Source: Cyanobacteria bacterium auto_48_18 (GTDB taxonomy: Bacteria > Cyanobacteriota > Vampirovibrionia > Obscuribacterales > Obscuribacteraceae). From it: 64,000 bases of DNA. The stretch covers positions 1 to 64,000 of the forward strand of contig JAVHQC010000026.1 of the NCBI GenBank assembly GCA_036170915.1, written 5' to 3'. The notes under the pieces are model-generated. The model saw only the letters and a program-made list of their open reading frames with translations. It was not told the origin of the DNA and searched no databases. The first letter of the stretch is position 1; each line of letters starts with the position of its first letter. The position numbers and the translations under genes were made by a program. Below are positions 9,495-18,126 of the stretch, piece after piece.

Positions 9495-10449
9495 TTTCGA
9501 TCTTGTAGAATCGGCAGTGGCGCCGGGGCCTGGTCAGGCTCTGGTGCAAAATTTGTATCTATCGCTTGATCCGACCAATCGCATCTGGATGACTGACGTG
9601 GAGCAGTATATGCCGCCTGTGCAGATAGGTGAAGTTATGCGCGGCCTGGGAATCGGCAAAGTAATTGAGTCGAATAGTGATTTGTATAAGGTTGATGATC
9701 TGGTGTCAGGACCAATAGGCTGGCAAGATTATTGTTTAATCGACGGCCGAGAATCATGGCCATTTGCCGTGCTGCCACCACTGCCGCCTGGGGTGCCGTT
9801 GACGCTATTTATGGGTGCCGCTGGCATGACCGGTTTGACAGCTTATTTTGGTTTGCTTGAAGTCGGTAAGGCTAAAGCGGGCGAGACTTTGCTTGTTTCT
9901 GCTGCGGCCGGAGCGACTGGCTCAGTGGTAGGACAGATAGGTAAAATCAAGGGCCTGCGAGTAGTCGGTATTGCTGGTGGTGCAGAGAAATGCCGGCTGC
10001 TCACTGACTATTTTGGTTTTGACGCGGCCGTAGACTACAAAGCATCTGACTGGAAGACTCAGCTTACCGCTGCCACTGCTGATGGTGTAGATATCAGTTT
10101 TGAGAATGTGGGCGGAGAAATCATGAATGCCGCTATTGCCAGGCTCAACATGCGAGCGCGCATGGTGCTCTGTGGGCTAATATCTTCATATAATGATGAC
10201 AATGATGCCAACGCCAGGGCGAACCTGGTGCCTTTCTTAATGAAGCGCGCCAGCTTGCAAGGCTTTATTGTCTCTGATTATTTTCCCAAGTTCGCCGCCG
10301 CCACCACCGAGCTTGTGGGCTGGGTAATGGAAGGTAAAATCAAAACTAGAGAAACGCTGGTGGATGGGCTTGAGCAAGCTCCAGCTGCTCTCAATCAGCT
10401 TTTTGAAGGAAATAATGTGGGCAAACTGCTGGTGAAATTAAGACCCTGA
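9430..10449 (+). CDS. NADP-dependent oxidoreductase (CurA/prostaglandin reductase-like MDR)
   Basis: YLSLDP, GMTGLTAYFGL, SAAAGATGSVVGQ, FENVGG, GKLLV. Confidence 0.93.
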   Translation: MTLNNRQFLLKNRPQGLVTASNFDLVESAVAPGPGQALVQNLYLSLDPTNRIWMTDVEQYMPPVQIGEVMRGLGIGKVIESNSDLYKVDDLVSGPIGWQDYCLIDGRESWPFAVLPPLPPGVPLTLFMGAAGMTGLTAYFGLLEVGKAKAGETLLVSAAAGATGSVVGQIGKIKGLRVVGIAGGAEKCRLLTDYFGFDAAVDYKASDWKTQLTAATADGVDISFENVGGEIMNAAIARLNMRARMVLCGLISSYNDDNDANARANLVPFLMKRASLQGFIVSDYFPKFAAATTELVGWVMEGKIKTRETLVDGLEQAPAALNQLFEGNNVGKLLVKLRP

Positions 10450-11093
10450 TGACTGCCGGCGATATTCTTGAATCAGTGATAGAAACATATCGGCAGCTCA
10501 AGACTTACACCGATAGCGGCAATGTGACGGCACTAATTCAGGTCGGGGCCAAAAGTGTGGAAGCAGGGTGTTCGTTTGCTACTGCTTTCGAACGCACCCA
10601 AAAAAAGGAAAGTCGATTTCGCTATCAGTGGAACAGCACAGGCGTTCTTTCAGACCTGCAAGATCAGGACCAGGACAATATCAATGTCATTTGCAGCAAC
10701 GATGAAGGTGTCTTCAAGCGCTATCCCCTTGAAGGTTTGAGTCACTGCCCCAGTTTGCCGCTGGCCGTGGCTGATGCCACTGGTGTCTCATTTGGTGGCG
10801 TGTATTACACTGCGTCACTGCTGTTAGACCACATCGTGCCAGATGGTCACTGGTTTTTTCGCCGATTACAGAAGAGTCTCGAATTGACATCAAGCTCAGA
10901 GGGGCAAGATGATTTCTACGATCTTGAGTCTCATACCAAAGGCGAGCACGTGCGTCTTTCAGTCAAGAAAAGCGATTATAGTTTGAAGCAGATGGTTGTA
11001 GAAAGACCCTCTTCTACGATTCAATTTGTCTGGCAGAGCTACACTTTTGACAGCGAATTAGATTTACGAGTATTTGACCAATATCGCTTTTGA
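10449..11093 (+). CDS. Hypothetical protein (possible LolA-like fold)
   Basis: 214-aa ORF coupled to the upstream stop; Y..L..Y.D.G start and beta-rich pattern. Confidence 0.55.
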   Translation: MTAGDILESVIETYRQLKTYTDSGNVTALIQVGAKSVEAGCSFATAFERTQKKESRFRYQWNSTGVLSDLQDQDQDNINVICSNDEGVFKRYPLEGLSHCPSLPLAVADATGVSFGGVYYTASLLLDHIVPDGHWFFRRLQKSLELTSSSEGQDDFYDLESHTKGEHVRLSVKKSDYSLKQMVVERPSSTIQFVWQSYTFDSELDLRVFDQYRF

Positions 11094-11121
11094 TTTTCAG
11101 GCACGACAATTAAATTGAGCT

Positions 11122-13596
11122 TCAGCTGCGCTTGGCTTTAACCGAGTCATAAAGCCGTTTTGTCTGCACAGTATCGGCATCTTTGGCGCCAAGTATTTGC
11201 GTGCGTATGCGTAAGCAATCTGCCAGCATCGGCTCTGCCTTATCAAACTGTTTAGTCTTTTGATAGAGCACACCAAGACAAAATTCTGTGGTGGCTATGG
11301 CAGGGTCATCTTTGCTCATTGTTCTTTTTTGAATATCCAGCGCATGCACTAGATAGGTTTCTGCTTTAGCAAAATTTCTTTGTACAAACGATAGCGTGCC
11401 CAGATAAGTTAGAGTGTCTGCAATAGCCGGATTATCAGGATTAAGGCTCTTTTCGCGCAGAGCCAGTGCTTTTTCATAATATGAAGTAGCTTTGCCGTAC
11501 TGACCCTGAAGTTGATAAGCCTGACCAATGGCACTAAAAATGTTAGCCTTATTCAGTTCATTTAGACCCTGAGAAGAGCTGGCAATAGACTCTGCCTGGG
11601 CCAGTAGATCTGTAGCTTTTTTAAATTGCTTTTGCGCCAGTGCGAGATTGCCCATGTCAGCTAAAGTCTCGGCTACAGCAGCACGGTTAGCCCCTTTGTA
11701 GCCCTGCCTGAGTACCAGTGCTTTGTTGAAGAACTGCTGAGAAAGGGAGAAGTTGCCTTCAGAGCGATAGATTTTGCCCAGTTCGTTCATCGCTTCAGTG
11801 GCGTCTAAAGCCGACAGTTTTTTCTCGCTCTCGCGAATTTTGAGAATTTCTTGAAACTCTTTTTTAGCGTTTTCAGTCTGCTGAGTTTCCATATAAGTAC
11901 GGCCAAGAGACATTCTAACTTCGGCGACTTTATGTTCATAGTCGCCTGATGCGCGCGCTTCATTGAAGGCAATTTTGAATTTTTTCAGTGCTTCTGAATA
12001 GTCGCCGTGATCAAAAGATGATTGGCCTTGACTGAGCACTTTAGCGTAATTGTCTTGAGGGGCTGGGGCATCACTAGTGGTTACAGGCGTCTTCTGCGCG
12101 CTGGGCATCAAAGTAAGAGCAGCGGCACCACCAATGATTAGAACGCCCGCAATAGAAGCCCAGAGAATACCTTTGCGAGTGGCATTGGCTGGTGGCTGGA
12201 ATTGTGATAAGGCAGAATTAGAATCGTCTAGATTAGTCTGTCGGATGTTATTAAACTTGCTTGATGACGGTCTACTGTATGTTGAGGCACCAGTAGTTGC
12301 AGGTGAACCGGTAGAGGCACCAGTAGTTGCAATAGACTGAAGCACTGATCCAGACCCTGTGTCATTTGCAGGTGCCGATGAAGATGCAGCCGAGGCTGGT
12401 TCAAAAGAAGAATCAGATATTGAATCAGTTGCGTTAGATACTTGCTGGTCTGCCACCGGAAATGGTGACATGGCCACATTACTGACTTGCGTGTGCGAAT
12501 CCACCAATATGGGTTCGGGCAAGCTGGTATGCGGTTGTAGTTGATTAATCTGACTTGGCTGAGGAACGTATGGCCTCACTGTGCCGGCAGGCATGGACGA
12601 ACTGATTTCACTGATCAGTGAAAGTTGCGACATCAGATCATCACGTAAGTCGCTCATGTTTTCATATCGATCTTCAATTTCTTTGGCCATGGCCTTAAAG
12701 ACTACTTTTTCGAGGCCAACGGGAAGCATCAATTCGGGCGCCACTTCATTGAAAGCCGCAGGCAAAGCCGTTGCGTGTTTGTTAAAGCATTCCATCGCGG
12801 ATGCCCCGGCCACGGCTGGTTTACCGGTTAGCGTGCGGTACATTACACAGCCCAGTGAATAAATATCTGAACGCGCATCAAGGGGCTTGCCCATACATTG
12901 TTCGGGGCTCATATACATGGGGCTGCCAAAAACCTCTCCGGTTTTAGTCAGCTCTTCATTTTCGGCATCCATTTCAGAGAGAATTTTGGCCATACCGAAG
13001 TCTACAATTTGCACCACATCATGCTGGCCGTCATAGTCGACCATCATAATGTTGCCGGGCTTAAGATCGCGGTGAATGACACCTTTTTGATGGGCGTGCG
13101 ACAAGGCCGCGCACGTTTGCACAAAAATATTCAGGGAACGCCCCAGGGGCAAATAGCCATGAGCCATGAGTTCGGCTGATAAATTAGTGCCTTCCAGCAA
13201 ATCCATAACCAAATATGGCAAACCCTGGGGCGTGACACCAAAGTCGTAAACTTTGAGAATGTTGGGATGGTTTAAGTGGCTGGCGGCTTGCGCTTCCTGA
13301 CGAAAACGCTTTAGGGCGGTGGCACTGGCGGCAAACTGCGGCAACATCAATTTGATTGCCACCAGTCTCTTCATCAAATTGTGCCTGGCTTTGTAAACCA
13401 GGCCCATGCCACCGCTGCCCAGCTTTTCGAGAATTTGATATTTCTCAGCCAGAGTGGTGCCAATCAAAGTATCGACGATCACCGGCGTCAGCAAAGTGTC
13501 ATCATCCGGACAAATAATCATCTCCGGTGAATATTCTTTGGCGCAAGAAAGGCAAACCTTTTTTGGCGGCAATTTTTGGGCGTCGGCCTCGGTCAA
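11122..13596 (-). CDS. Receptor-like Ser/Thr kinase: Cys-rich N-terminus, kinase, S/T-rich linker, TM, TPR array
   Basis: GSGGMGLVY, AIK, HRDLKPGN, DFG, GSPMYMSPEQ; TM ILWASIAGVLIIGGAAALTL; C-terminal TPRs. Confidence 0.95.
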   Translation of the reverse strand: MTEADAQKLPPKKVCLSCAKEYSPEMIICPDDDTLLTPVIVDTLIGTTLAEKYQILEKLGSGGMGLVYKARHNLMKRLVAIKLMLPQFAASATALKRFRQEAQAASHLNHPNILKVYDFGVTPQGLPYLVMDLLEGTNLSAELMAHGYLPLGRSLNIFVQTCAALSHAHQKGVIHRDLKPGNIMMVDYDGQHDVVQIVDFGMAKILSEMDAENEELTKTGEVFGSPMYMSPEQCMGKPLDARSDIYSLGCVMYRTLTGKPAVAGASAMECFNKHATALPAAFNEVAPELMLPVGLEKVVFKAMAKEIEDRYENMSDLRDDLMSQLSLISEISSSMPAGTVRPYVPQPSQINQLQPHTSLPEPILVDSHTQVSNVAMSPFPVADQQVSNATDSISDSSFEPASAASSSAPANDTGSGSVLQSIATTGASTGSPATTGASTYSRPSSSKFNNIRQTNLDDSNSALSQFQPPANATRKGILWASIAGVLIIGGAAALTLMPSAQKTPVTTSDAPAPQDNYAKVLSQGQSSFDHGDYSEALKKFKIAFNEARASGDYEHKVAEVRMSLGRTYMETQQTENAKKEFQEILKIRESEKKLSALDATEAMNELGKIYRSEGNFSLSQQFFNKALVLRQGYKGANRAAVAETLADMGNLALAQKQFKKATDLLAQAESIASSSQGLNELNKANIFSAIGQAYQLQGQYGKATSYYEKALALREKSLNPDNPAIADTLTYLGTLSFVQRNFAKAETYLVHALDIQKRTMSKDDPAIATTEFCLGVLYQKTKQFDKAEPMLADCLRIRTQILGAKDADTVQTKRLYDSVKAKRS

Positions 13597-13840
13597 TTAA
13601 TACCTCTCGTCGATAGGTACATAATGACATCTGCACCTACCAGTAATATTCTAATCTTCAGACGACTCGCACGGCCTAACTAAGTTTCAACTCTTTAAAA
13701 CATCCTGTCATCTTTGCCCAGGCAGACTTGCACCGTTGTATGCTCTATTGCATATTAAAATCGGTCTGAATGCACGTTCAGCCAGACAGGCTTTCATTGT
13801 TAACATCCGTTCATAGTCTGAAATAGCATACGGGAAAAAA

Positions 13841-14728
13841 ATGGCCAAGAAATCAGTATCTCAGCACCCATCGTCTGGGGGACGGCAGATCAGGACAAAG
13901 CAACCTAAAGGTCCGGTTCTCGAGCAAACTCCCATGCCCGTGGCTAATCCCAGCCAAGACAAGGTGGTCTACGCTGTTTTTGCCACCATCTTTTTAGTCG
14001 GAATCGCCATAAACCTTGTGCTGTTTTATTTCGTCGGCCAAAATCTTTATCAGTCTTATCTGGCCAAAAACTGGTGGATGGTAGCTGGAGCCGCTGGCCT
14101 TATGGTCGCTTTGCTTTTTGGCGTCAGGGCGGCGGTGGCCGCAGCTTTTATTGTTTCTGCCACAGTAGGAAGTCGTACTGCCGCTTTCGGTGCCCAACAA
14201 CAAATTTTGCGCTGGGCACTAAAATATCGTGCCATTCTTCCTGACCGCGCTTCGTGGGCCAGTCAATCCATTATTCAGCAAATTATGGCCAAAGAACAGT
14301 ACGATCAAGTAATCGAGTTTGGCAGCGAGCAATACGAAGACATCACTACTAAAAATCCTAAAGACCACAGTCTGGCAATGGTTTGCTTCTATGTCGGAAT
14401 GGCCCATCAAGCTAAAGGCGAAATTGCCAAGTCGATTGAATGGAATGAGAAATCAGTCGCTCAATTCGGTAAGTTTTTCGAATCAATCAATAAATCAAAG
14501 TTTGCTAAAAAAATGGGCGGCGCAGGTGTAGTAGAGGCTATGACACTCAACTATTCACAAGTGCTGGCGGCGCTAGGCAGCAGTTATTTGCAGCAGCAGA
14601 ACTTTCGTAAAGCCAAAGAGCTTTTTAAACTATCCCTGGAGAATGCTAAAAAATCTCCCGAGTCTCCCGAACGCCGTCAATTGATCAAACAGGTTGAAGA
14701 CGGTCTTGGTCGTCTCAAGCGCTGGTAA
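13841..14728 (+). CDS. Membrane protein with C-terminal TPR
   Basis: Two to three N-terminal TM segments; LAALGSSYLQQQNFRKAKELFKLSLE TPR. Confidence 0.7.
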   Translation: MAKKSVSQHPSSGGRQIRTKQPKGPVLEQTPMPVANPSQDKVVYAVFATIFLVGIAINLVLFYFVGQNLYQSYLAKNWWMVAGAAGLMVALLFGVRAAVAAAFIVSATVGSRTAAFGAQQQILRWALKYRAILPDRASWASQSIIQQIMAKEQYDQVIEFGSEQYEDITTKNPKDHSLAMVCFYVGMAHQAKGEIAKSIEWNEKSVAQFGKFFESINKSKFAKKMGGAGVVEAMTLNYSQVLAALGSSYLQQQNFRKAKELFKLSLENAKKSPESPERRQLIKQVEDGLGRLKRW

Positions 14729-14734
14729 TCGACG

Positions 14735-15583
14735 ATGAAAAAGATACTTTTTCTGTTGATTGCTCTGGTAAGCATCGCTACGCCGGTAAAGGCTGAGACG
14801 CTGAAACTGGGGATAGAACATTCAGACTATTTGCCAACAGTTTCTAACAGCTATGTGCCAGGTTCTTCGCACGGTGGTTATGCACAACAAAGCGCACCAC
14901 AGTATCGCGGTGGCTACCAGATTGATGCCGCACAACCAGACCAGCAGCACGCCGGTTTTTACCAGCAGTCAGCCTCTATGACTGTGCCACGGCCTCAAGT
15001 GCCGATGATCGAGTGGTTTCAAATTCCGAGAACAATGGCCGGCTCATGGTCGAAAAAAGGTGATATCACCCTTGATGTCACCGATTTACGCACAGGTATG
15101 AAAAGACAGGTTGGTGCCTGGACCGATAATGAAATGGTGGTGCACATGGGGCACCAGATGGATAAGGCGGGCAACGTGTGGCACGTCAACATTTTGCCTT
15201 CAGAGAAAGACAGTGTTTCAAATGGCAAGCAGGTGCGCTTCATGACTGTGCAACAGGTATGTGAGCAATATACACCTAGCAATCTTTTGACTCGCACTCA
15301 TTATGTAATCACAGAGAGTTATGCAAATACCGGCCAGATTGCCGAACAATTTCAACAAGAATCACTTAATCACTATTCGCTTTTAAGTGATGGTGAGATG
15401 CAAAATTTGAGCTCCAATCGAGTTTTTACATACGCAGGCCAACCCATGCGTGATGGTACTTTGCAAAGCAAATTCATGAGAATAGGACCTTTTGTACCAC
15501 TAGGTCAGATGAACGGTGTTGACCTGGCGCAATCGCTCAATCAATTTCTAGTGTCAAAAGGCATGGCAGAGCTGGCCCAGTGA
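14735..15583 (+). CDS. Secreted hypothetical protein
   Basis: Signal peptide MKKILFLLIALVSIATPVKA. Confidence 0.7.
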   Translation: MKKILFLLIALVSIATPVKAETLKLGIEHSDYLPTVSNSYVPGSSHGGYAQQSAPQYRGGYQIDAAQPDQQHAGFYQQSASMTVPRPQVPMIEWFQIPRTMAGSWSKKGDITLDVTDLRTGMKRQVGAWTDNEMVVHMGHQMDKAGNVWHVNILPSEKDSVSNGKQVRFMTVQQVCEQYTPSNLLTRTHYVITESYANTGQIAEQFQQESLNHYSLLSDGEMQNLSSNRVFTYAGQPMRDGTLQSKFMRIGPFVPLGQMNGVDLAQSLNQFLVSKGMAELAQ

Positions 15584-15698
15584 TTAATGTTTGGATTGTC
15601 CGATAAAAACATGTACTAAATTATTTTTCTTCTCTTGAAAAGCCGCTTTGCCACTGCCTATTGTTGCATCTGCGCAAAATGCTCTGAAGATCTGCAAT

Positions 15699-15727
15699 TT
15701 GATCAGGCACCACTGATGGTATATATT
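15699..15727 (+). promoter_or_regulatory. Sigma70-like promoter TTGATC-N17-TATATT upstream of the small ORF
   Basis: -35 at 15699-15704, -10 at 15722-15727. Confidence 0.5.
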
Positions 15728-15828
15728 TTCTGCAGAGGGGCCTCCCGCTAATTACCGCAAAGATATTGCCGTAAGGGTCGAACCCTCGCCAACTCTAAAC
15801 CGACAATTAACAACTCTAGAAAGACGTC

Positions 15829-15957
15829 ATGTTTCTACCTAAAGTAATCTTCCGCACTCTTGTGGTTGCTATGCTGATTCTTGCGGCCCACAGCGTCATT
15901 ATTGAGCCTGACGAATCGGCTAGTTCGCACAAGCAACATCTGGCATCAAGTAGGTAA
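15829..15957 (+). CDS. Unannotated 42-aa hydrophobic peptide MFLPKVIFRTLVVAMLILAAHSVIIEPDESASSHKQHLASSR
   Basis: Translated by hand (below the ORF-track cutoff); one hydrophobic helix; promoter-like sequence upstream. Confidence 0.5.
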   Translation: MFLPKVIFRTLVVAMLILAAHSVIIEPDESASSHKQHLASSR

Positions 15958-16033
15958 ATCTGATTTTTGTGTGTAGAATATTGGCACCATCTTTGGTGAT
16001 TACTTTCAACTCAGGCATGAGGCTCAAAATCGA

Positions 16034-16624
16034 TTGAAAGAGTTGGATGTTCGCAGACTTCTCTATCGCACCGAAATTAAGCGGGTGCTGGGTGACATTC
16101 CCAAAAGTCGAGTAGTTGATGAATTGAATCTCTTGTGTGGTCTGGTGCGCGTTGATGTGGCAATCATCAACGATAGTTTGCATGGCTATGAAATCAAATC
16201 AGCCTCAGATAATTTGCTGCGACTGCCTAATCAGCAAGAACATTACGGCAAAGTTTTTGAAAAAATGACTCTGGTGGCAGACGAAAAGCATGTGGATCAT
16301 GCGGTGAAAATTGTGCCCAGCTCCTGGGGTCTAATTTCAGTAGGCGTGCGTGAAGGCAAACCATATGCAGAAGAGATTTGGCCGGCACGTCGCAGTAATA
16401 CTTTAGACCCACTGGCAATGGCACAGTTGTTGTGGCGAGAAGAAGCCCTAGAATTGATGCAATATTTTGATCTAGGTTATGGTTACGCCAGCAAGCCAAG
16501 AAAAATTCTCTGGCAAGTAATTGCCGACAATCTTACAGTGGAACAGTTAAAAGCATTTGTGTGCTTTAAACTGCGCACGCGCAAAGGCTGGAAAAGAAAA
16601 AAACGTTGTCGCCTGGTGATTTGA
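16034..16624 (+). CDS. sce7726-family PD-(D/E)XK-type putative endonuclease (MmcB-like)
   Basis: VVDEL..RVDVAIIN..LHGYEIKSASDNLLRLPNQ..Y.KVF..WGL..LLWREEAL. Confidence 0.8.
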   Translation: MKELDVRRLLYRTEIKRVLGDIPKSRVVDELNLLCGLVRVDVAIINDSLHGYEIKSASDNLLRLPNQQEHYGKVFEKMTLVADEKHVDHAVKIVPSSWGLISVGVREGKPYAEEIWPARRSNTLDPLAMAQLLWREEALELMQYFDLGYGYASKPRKILWQVIADNLTVEQLKAFVCFKLRTRKGWKRKKRCRLVI

Positions 16625-17083
16625 TTATTTTCGCGAGAGTGATTTAGCCCGTCGCCGTTTTTTCTTCACCGTACATAAACCGACTCTTGATGGTGCATCA
16701 ATCAATTCTTTGATGCTCGAGTGGCTGAGCGTACCCTCAACTAGTGCCAGCGCTTCATCAATGCATTTATGCAATGAACATAGTGCACCACCGTGCTCCG
16801 GCAATCCCATGGGGCAAGATTTGATGCGCAGGATGGGATCAACAATCTCTACGATTTCTAAAATAGATAATTCGGCGGGGTCCACAGCTAAGGTGAAACC
16901 ACCACCAAGGCCTCGCTGAGAAGATACAAGCCCAGCACGACTGAGGGACTGCAGTACTTTAGATAGGTATGCGCCGGGAACTTTAGTACCTTCGGCAATT
17001 TGTGCTGTTGTATGGGCTTGGCCATCACTCATAGCAAGAAAAACCACAGCTCTAAGTGCATACTCGGTGGTTTGTGTAATCAA
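16625..17083 (-). CDS. Rrf2-family transcriptional regulator
   Basis: TTEYALRA, YLSKVLQSL, SQRGLGGGF, C-terminal CPMG..LCSLHKC. Confidence 0.93.
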   Translation of the reverse strand: MITQTTEYALRAVVFLAMSDGQAHTTAQIAEGTKVPGAYLSKVLQSLSRAGLVSSQRGLGGGFTLAVDPAELSILEIVEIVDPILRIKSCPMGLPEHGGALCSLHKCIDEALALVEGTLSHSSIKELIDAPSRVGLCTVKKKRRRAKSLSRK

Positions 17084-17246
17084 AAGGAATCCCTCAGTTT
17101 TAAGCGCTCAATGGATGATTGCCCAAAGTGGGAGAGCCGGTAACTAAATTCAATCCCATCTTTGCGGGTTATCTTATTGGTCTATCTTGTATACGCAGTA
17201 CTACATCTATATAGATGCAATTGCCATACGAGGCAAAAGAAAATGG

Positions 17247-17275
17247 TTGACTACCATACAGCCGTATGGTTTAAT
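17247..17275 (+). promoter_or_regulatory. imuA promoter TTGACT-N17-TTTAAT with palindromic operator ACCATAC-AGCC-GTATGGT in the spacer
   Basis: -35 at 17247-17252; 7-4-7 perfect inverted repeat at 17253-17270; -10 at 17270-17275. Confidence 0.7.
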
Positions 17276-17328
17276 TACTGCATCGGGGAAATGCAATTAA
17301 ATCGAAAGGAGGCGGGCGTAGCGCGGCT

Positions 17329-18126
17329 ATGGTTGGTGCAGTTAGTGTTGCAAATTTAAAAAAAGAGCTTGAACAGCTGTTTCCGGGCAAGTGGCTATCT
17401 GGAGGTGAGGTAGGCCGTTCACTGAAGACCGGTTTAGACCAGATTGATTTTGGTATTTCAGCTGGATTGCTCAAGCGACGCATAACTGAATGGGTTGGTA
17501 CTTCTTCTTCCGGCAAAACCACTGTTTTGCGAACGATTTGTTCTAATTGGTGCGCCACTGGTCTGAATGTAATTTATATAGATACCTTTGACAGGTTACT
17601 GGCCGCCGACTGGTGCTTTTCTAATCATGCAAAAGACGAAAAACAAGGTAGATTCTGGGTTCTGAGAAGTAACACCGATAAAGATCCAACTGCCAGACGT
17701 GACTATTTAAAAGATGCATTGTGGGCGTGCGAACAGTTGATTCGTTCTCGCGTTTTCGATGTGGTCATTCTAGATCTAGGAGAGAAGAACATCATCACCA
17801 GTAACTTCTATGCAAGATTGCAACGGGCTTTGGAAAGATCTAAAGCCTCATTAATAGTGCTAAAAGATGATGATTCTTCTTCCCAGTCTGCTAAATGGGG
17901 AGCAAATTCAAGACTGAGTTTCGGCTTCTCTAGGCCTGTTCATTTCGAGCTTGGTTTAACCGGTCATCCTGATGATATTGCCACCCTGATGCCCACTATC
18001 AATGGGGCAATTTGGAAAGACGGCATGTCTAACAATATTGAAGTATCGGTGCCATCTCATGTCCAGAATCGCCTGTTTACGCATCCCCAAGTTCCAGATC
18101 GAAGTACATCTAAAAGCAGAGCCTGA
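17329..18126 (+). CDS. imuA: ImuA-like RecA-fold protein
   Basis: TGLDQID..GL..RITEWVGTSSSGKT, YID, VVILD; first gene before imuB-dnaE2. Confidence 0.8.
   Translation: MVGAVSVANLKKELEQLFPGKWLSGGEVGRSLKTGLDQIDFGISAGLLKRRITEWVGTSSSGKTTVLRTICSNWCATGLNVIYIDTFDRLLAADWCFSNHAKDEKQGRFWVLRSNTDKDPTARRDYLKDALWACEQLIRSRVFDVVILDLGEKNIITSNFYARLQRALERSKASLIVLKDDDSSSQSAKWGANSRLSFGFSRPVHFELGLTGHPDDIATLMPTINGAIWKDGMSNNIEVSVPSHVQNRLFTHPQVPDRSTSKSRA

Noticed and set aside
16017..16037. Six-codon mini-ORF (MRLKID) whose stop overlaps the sce7726 TTG start
   Set aside because: Too short to distinguish from chance
17084..17328. Canonical LexA box (CTGT-N8-ACAG, GAAC-N4-GTTC or cyanobacterial RGTAC-N3-DGTWC)
   Set aside because: No convincing match by eye; AGTAC at about 17198 lacks a partner half-site
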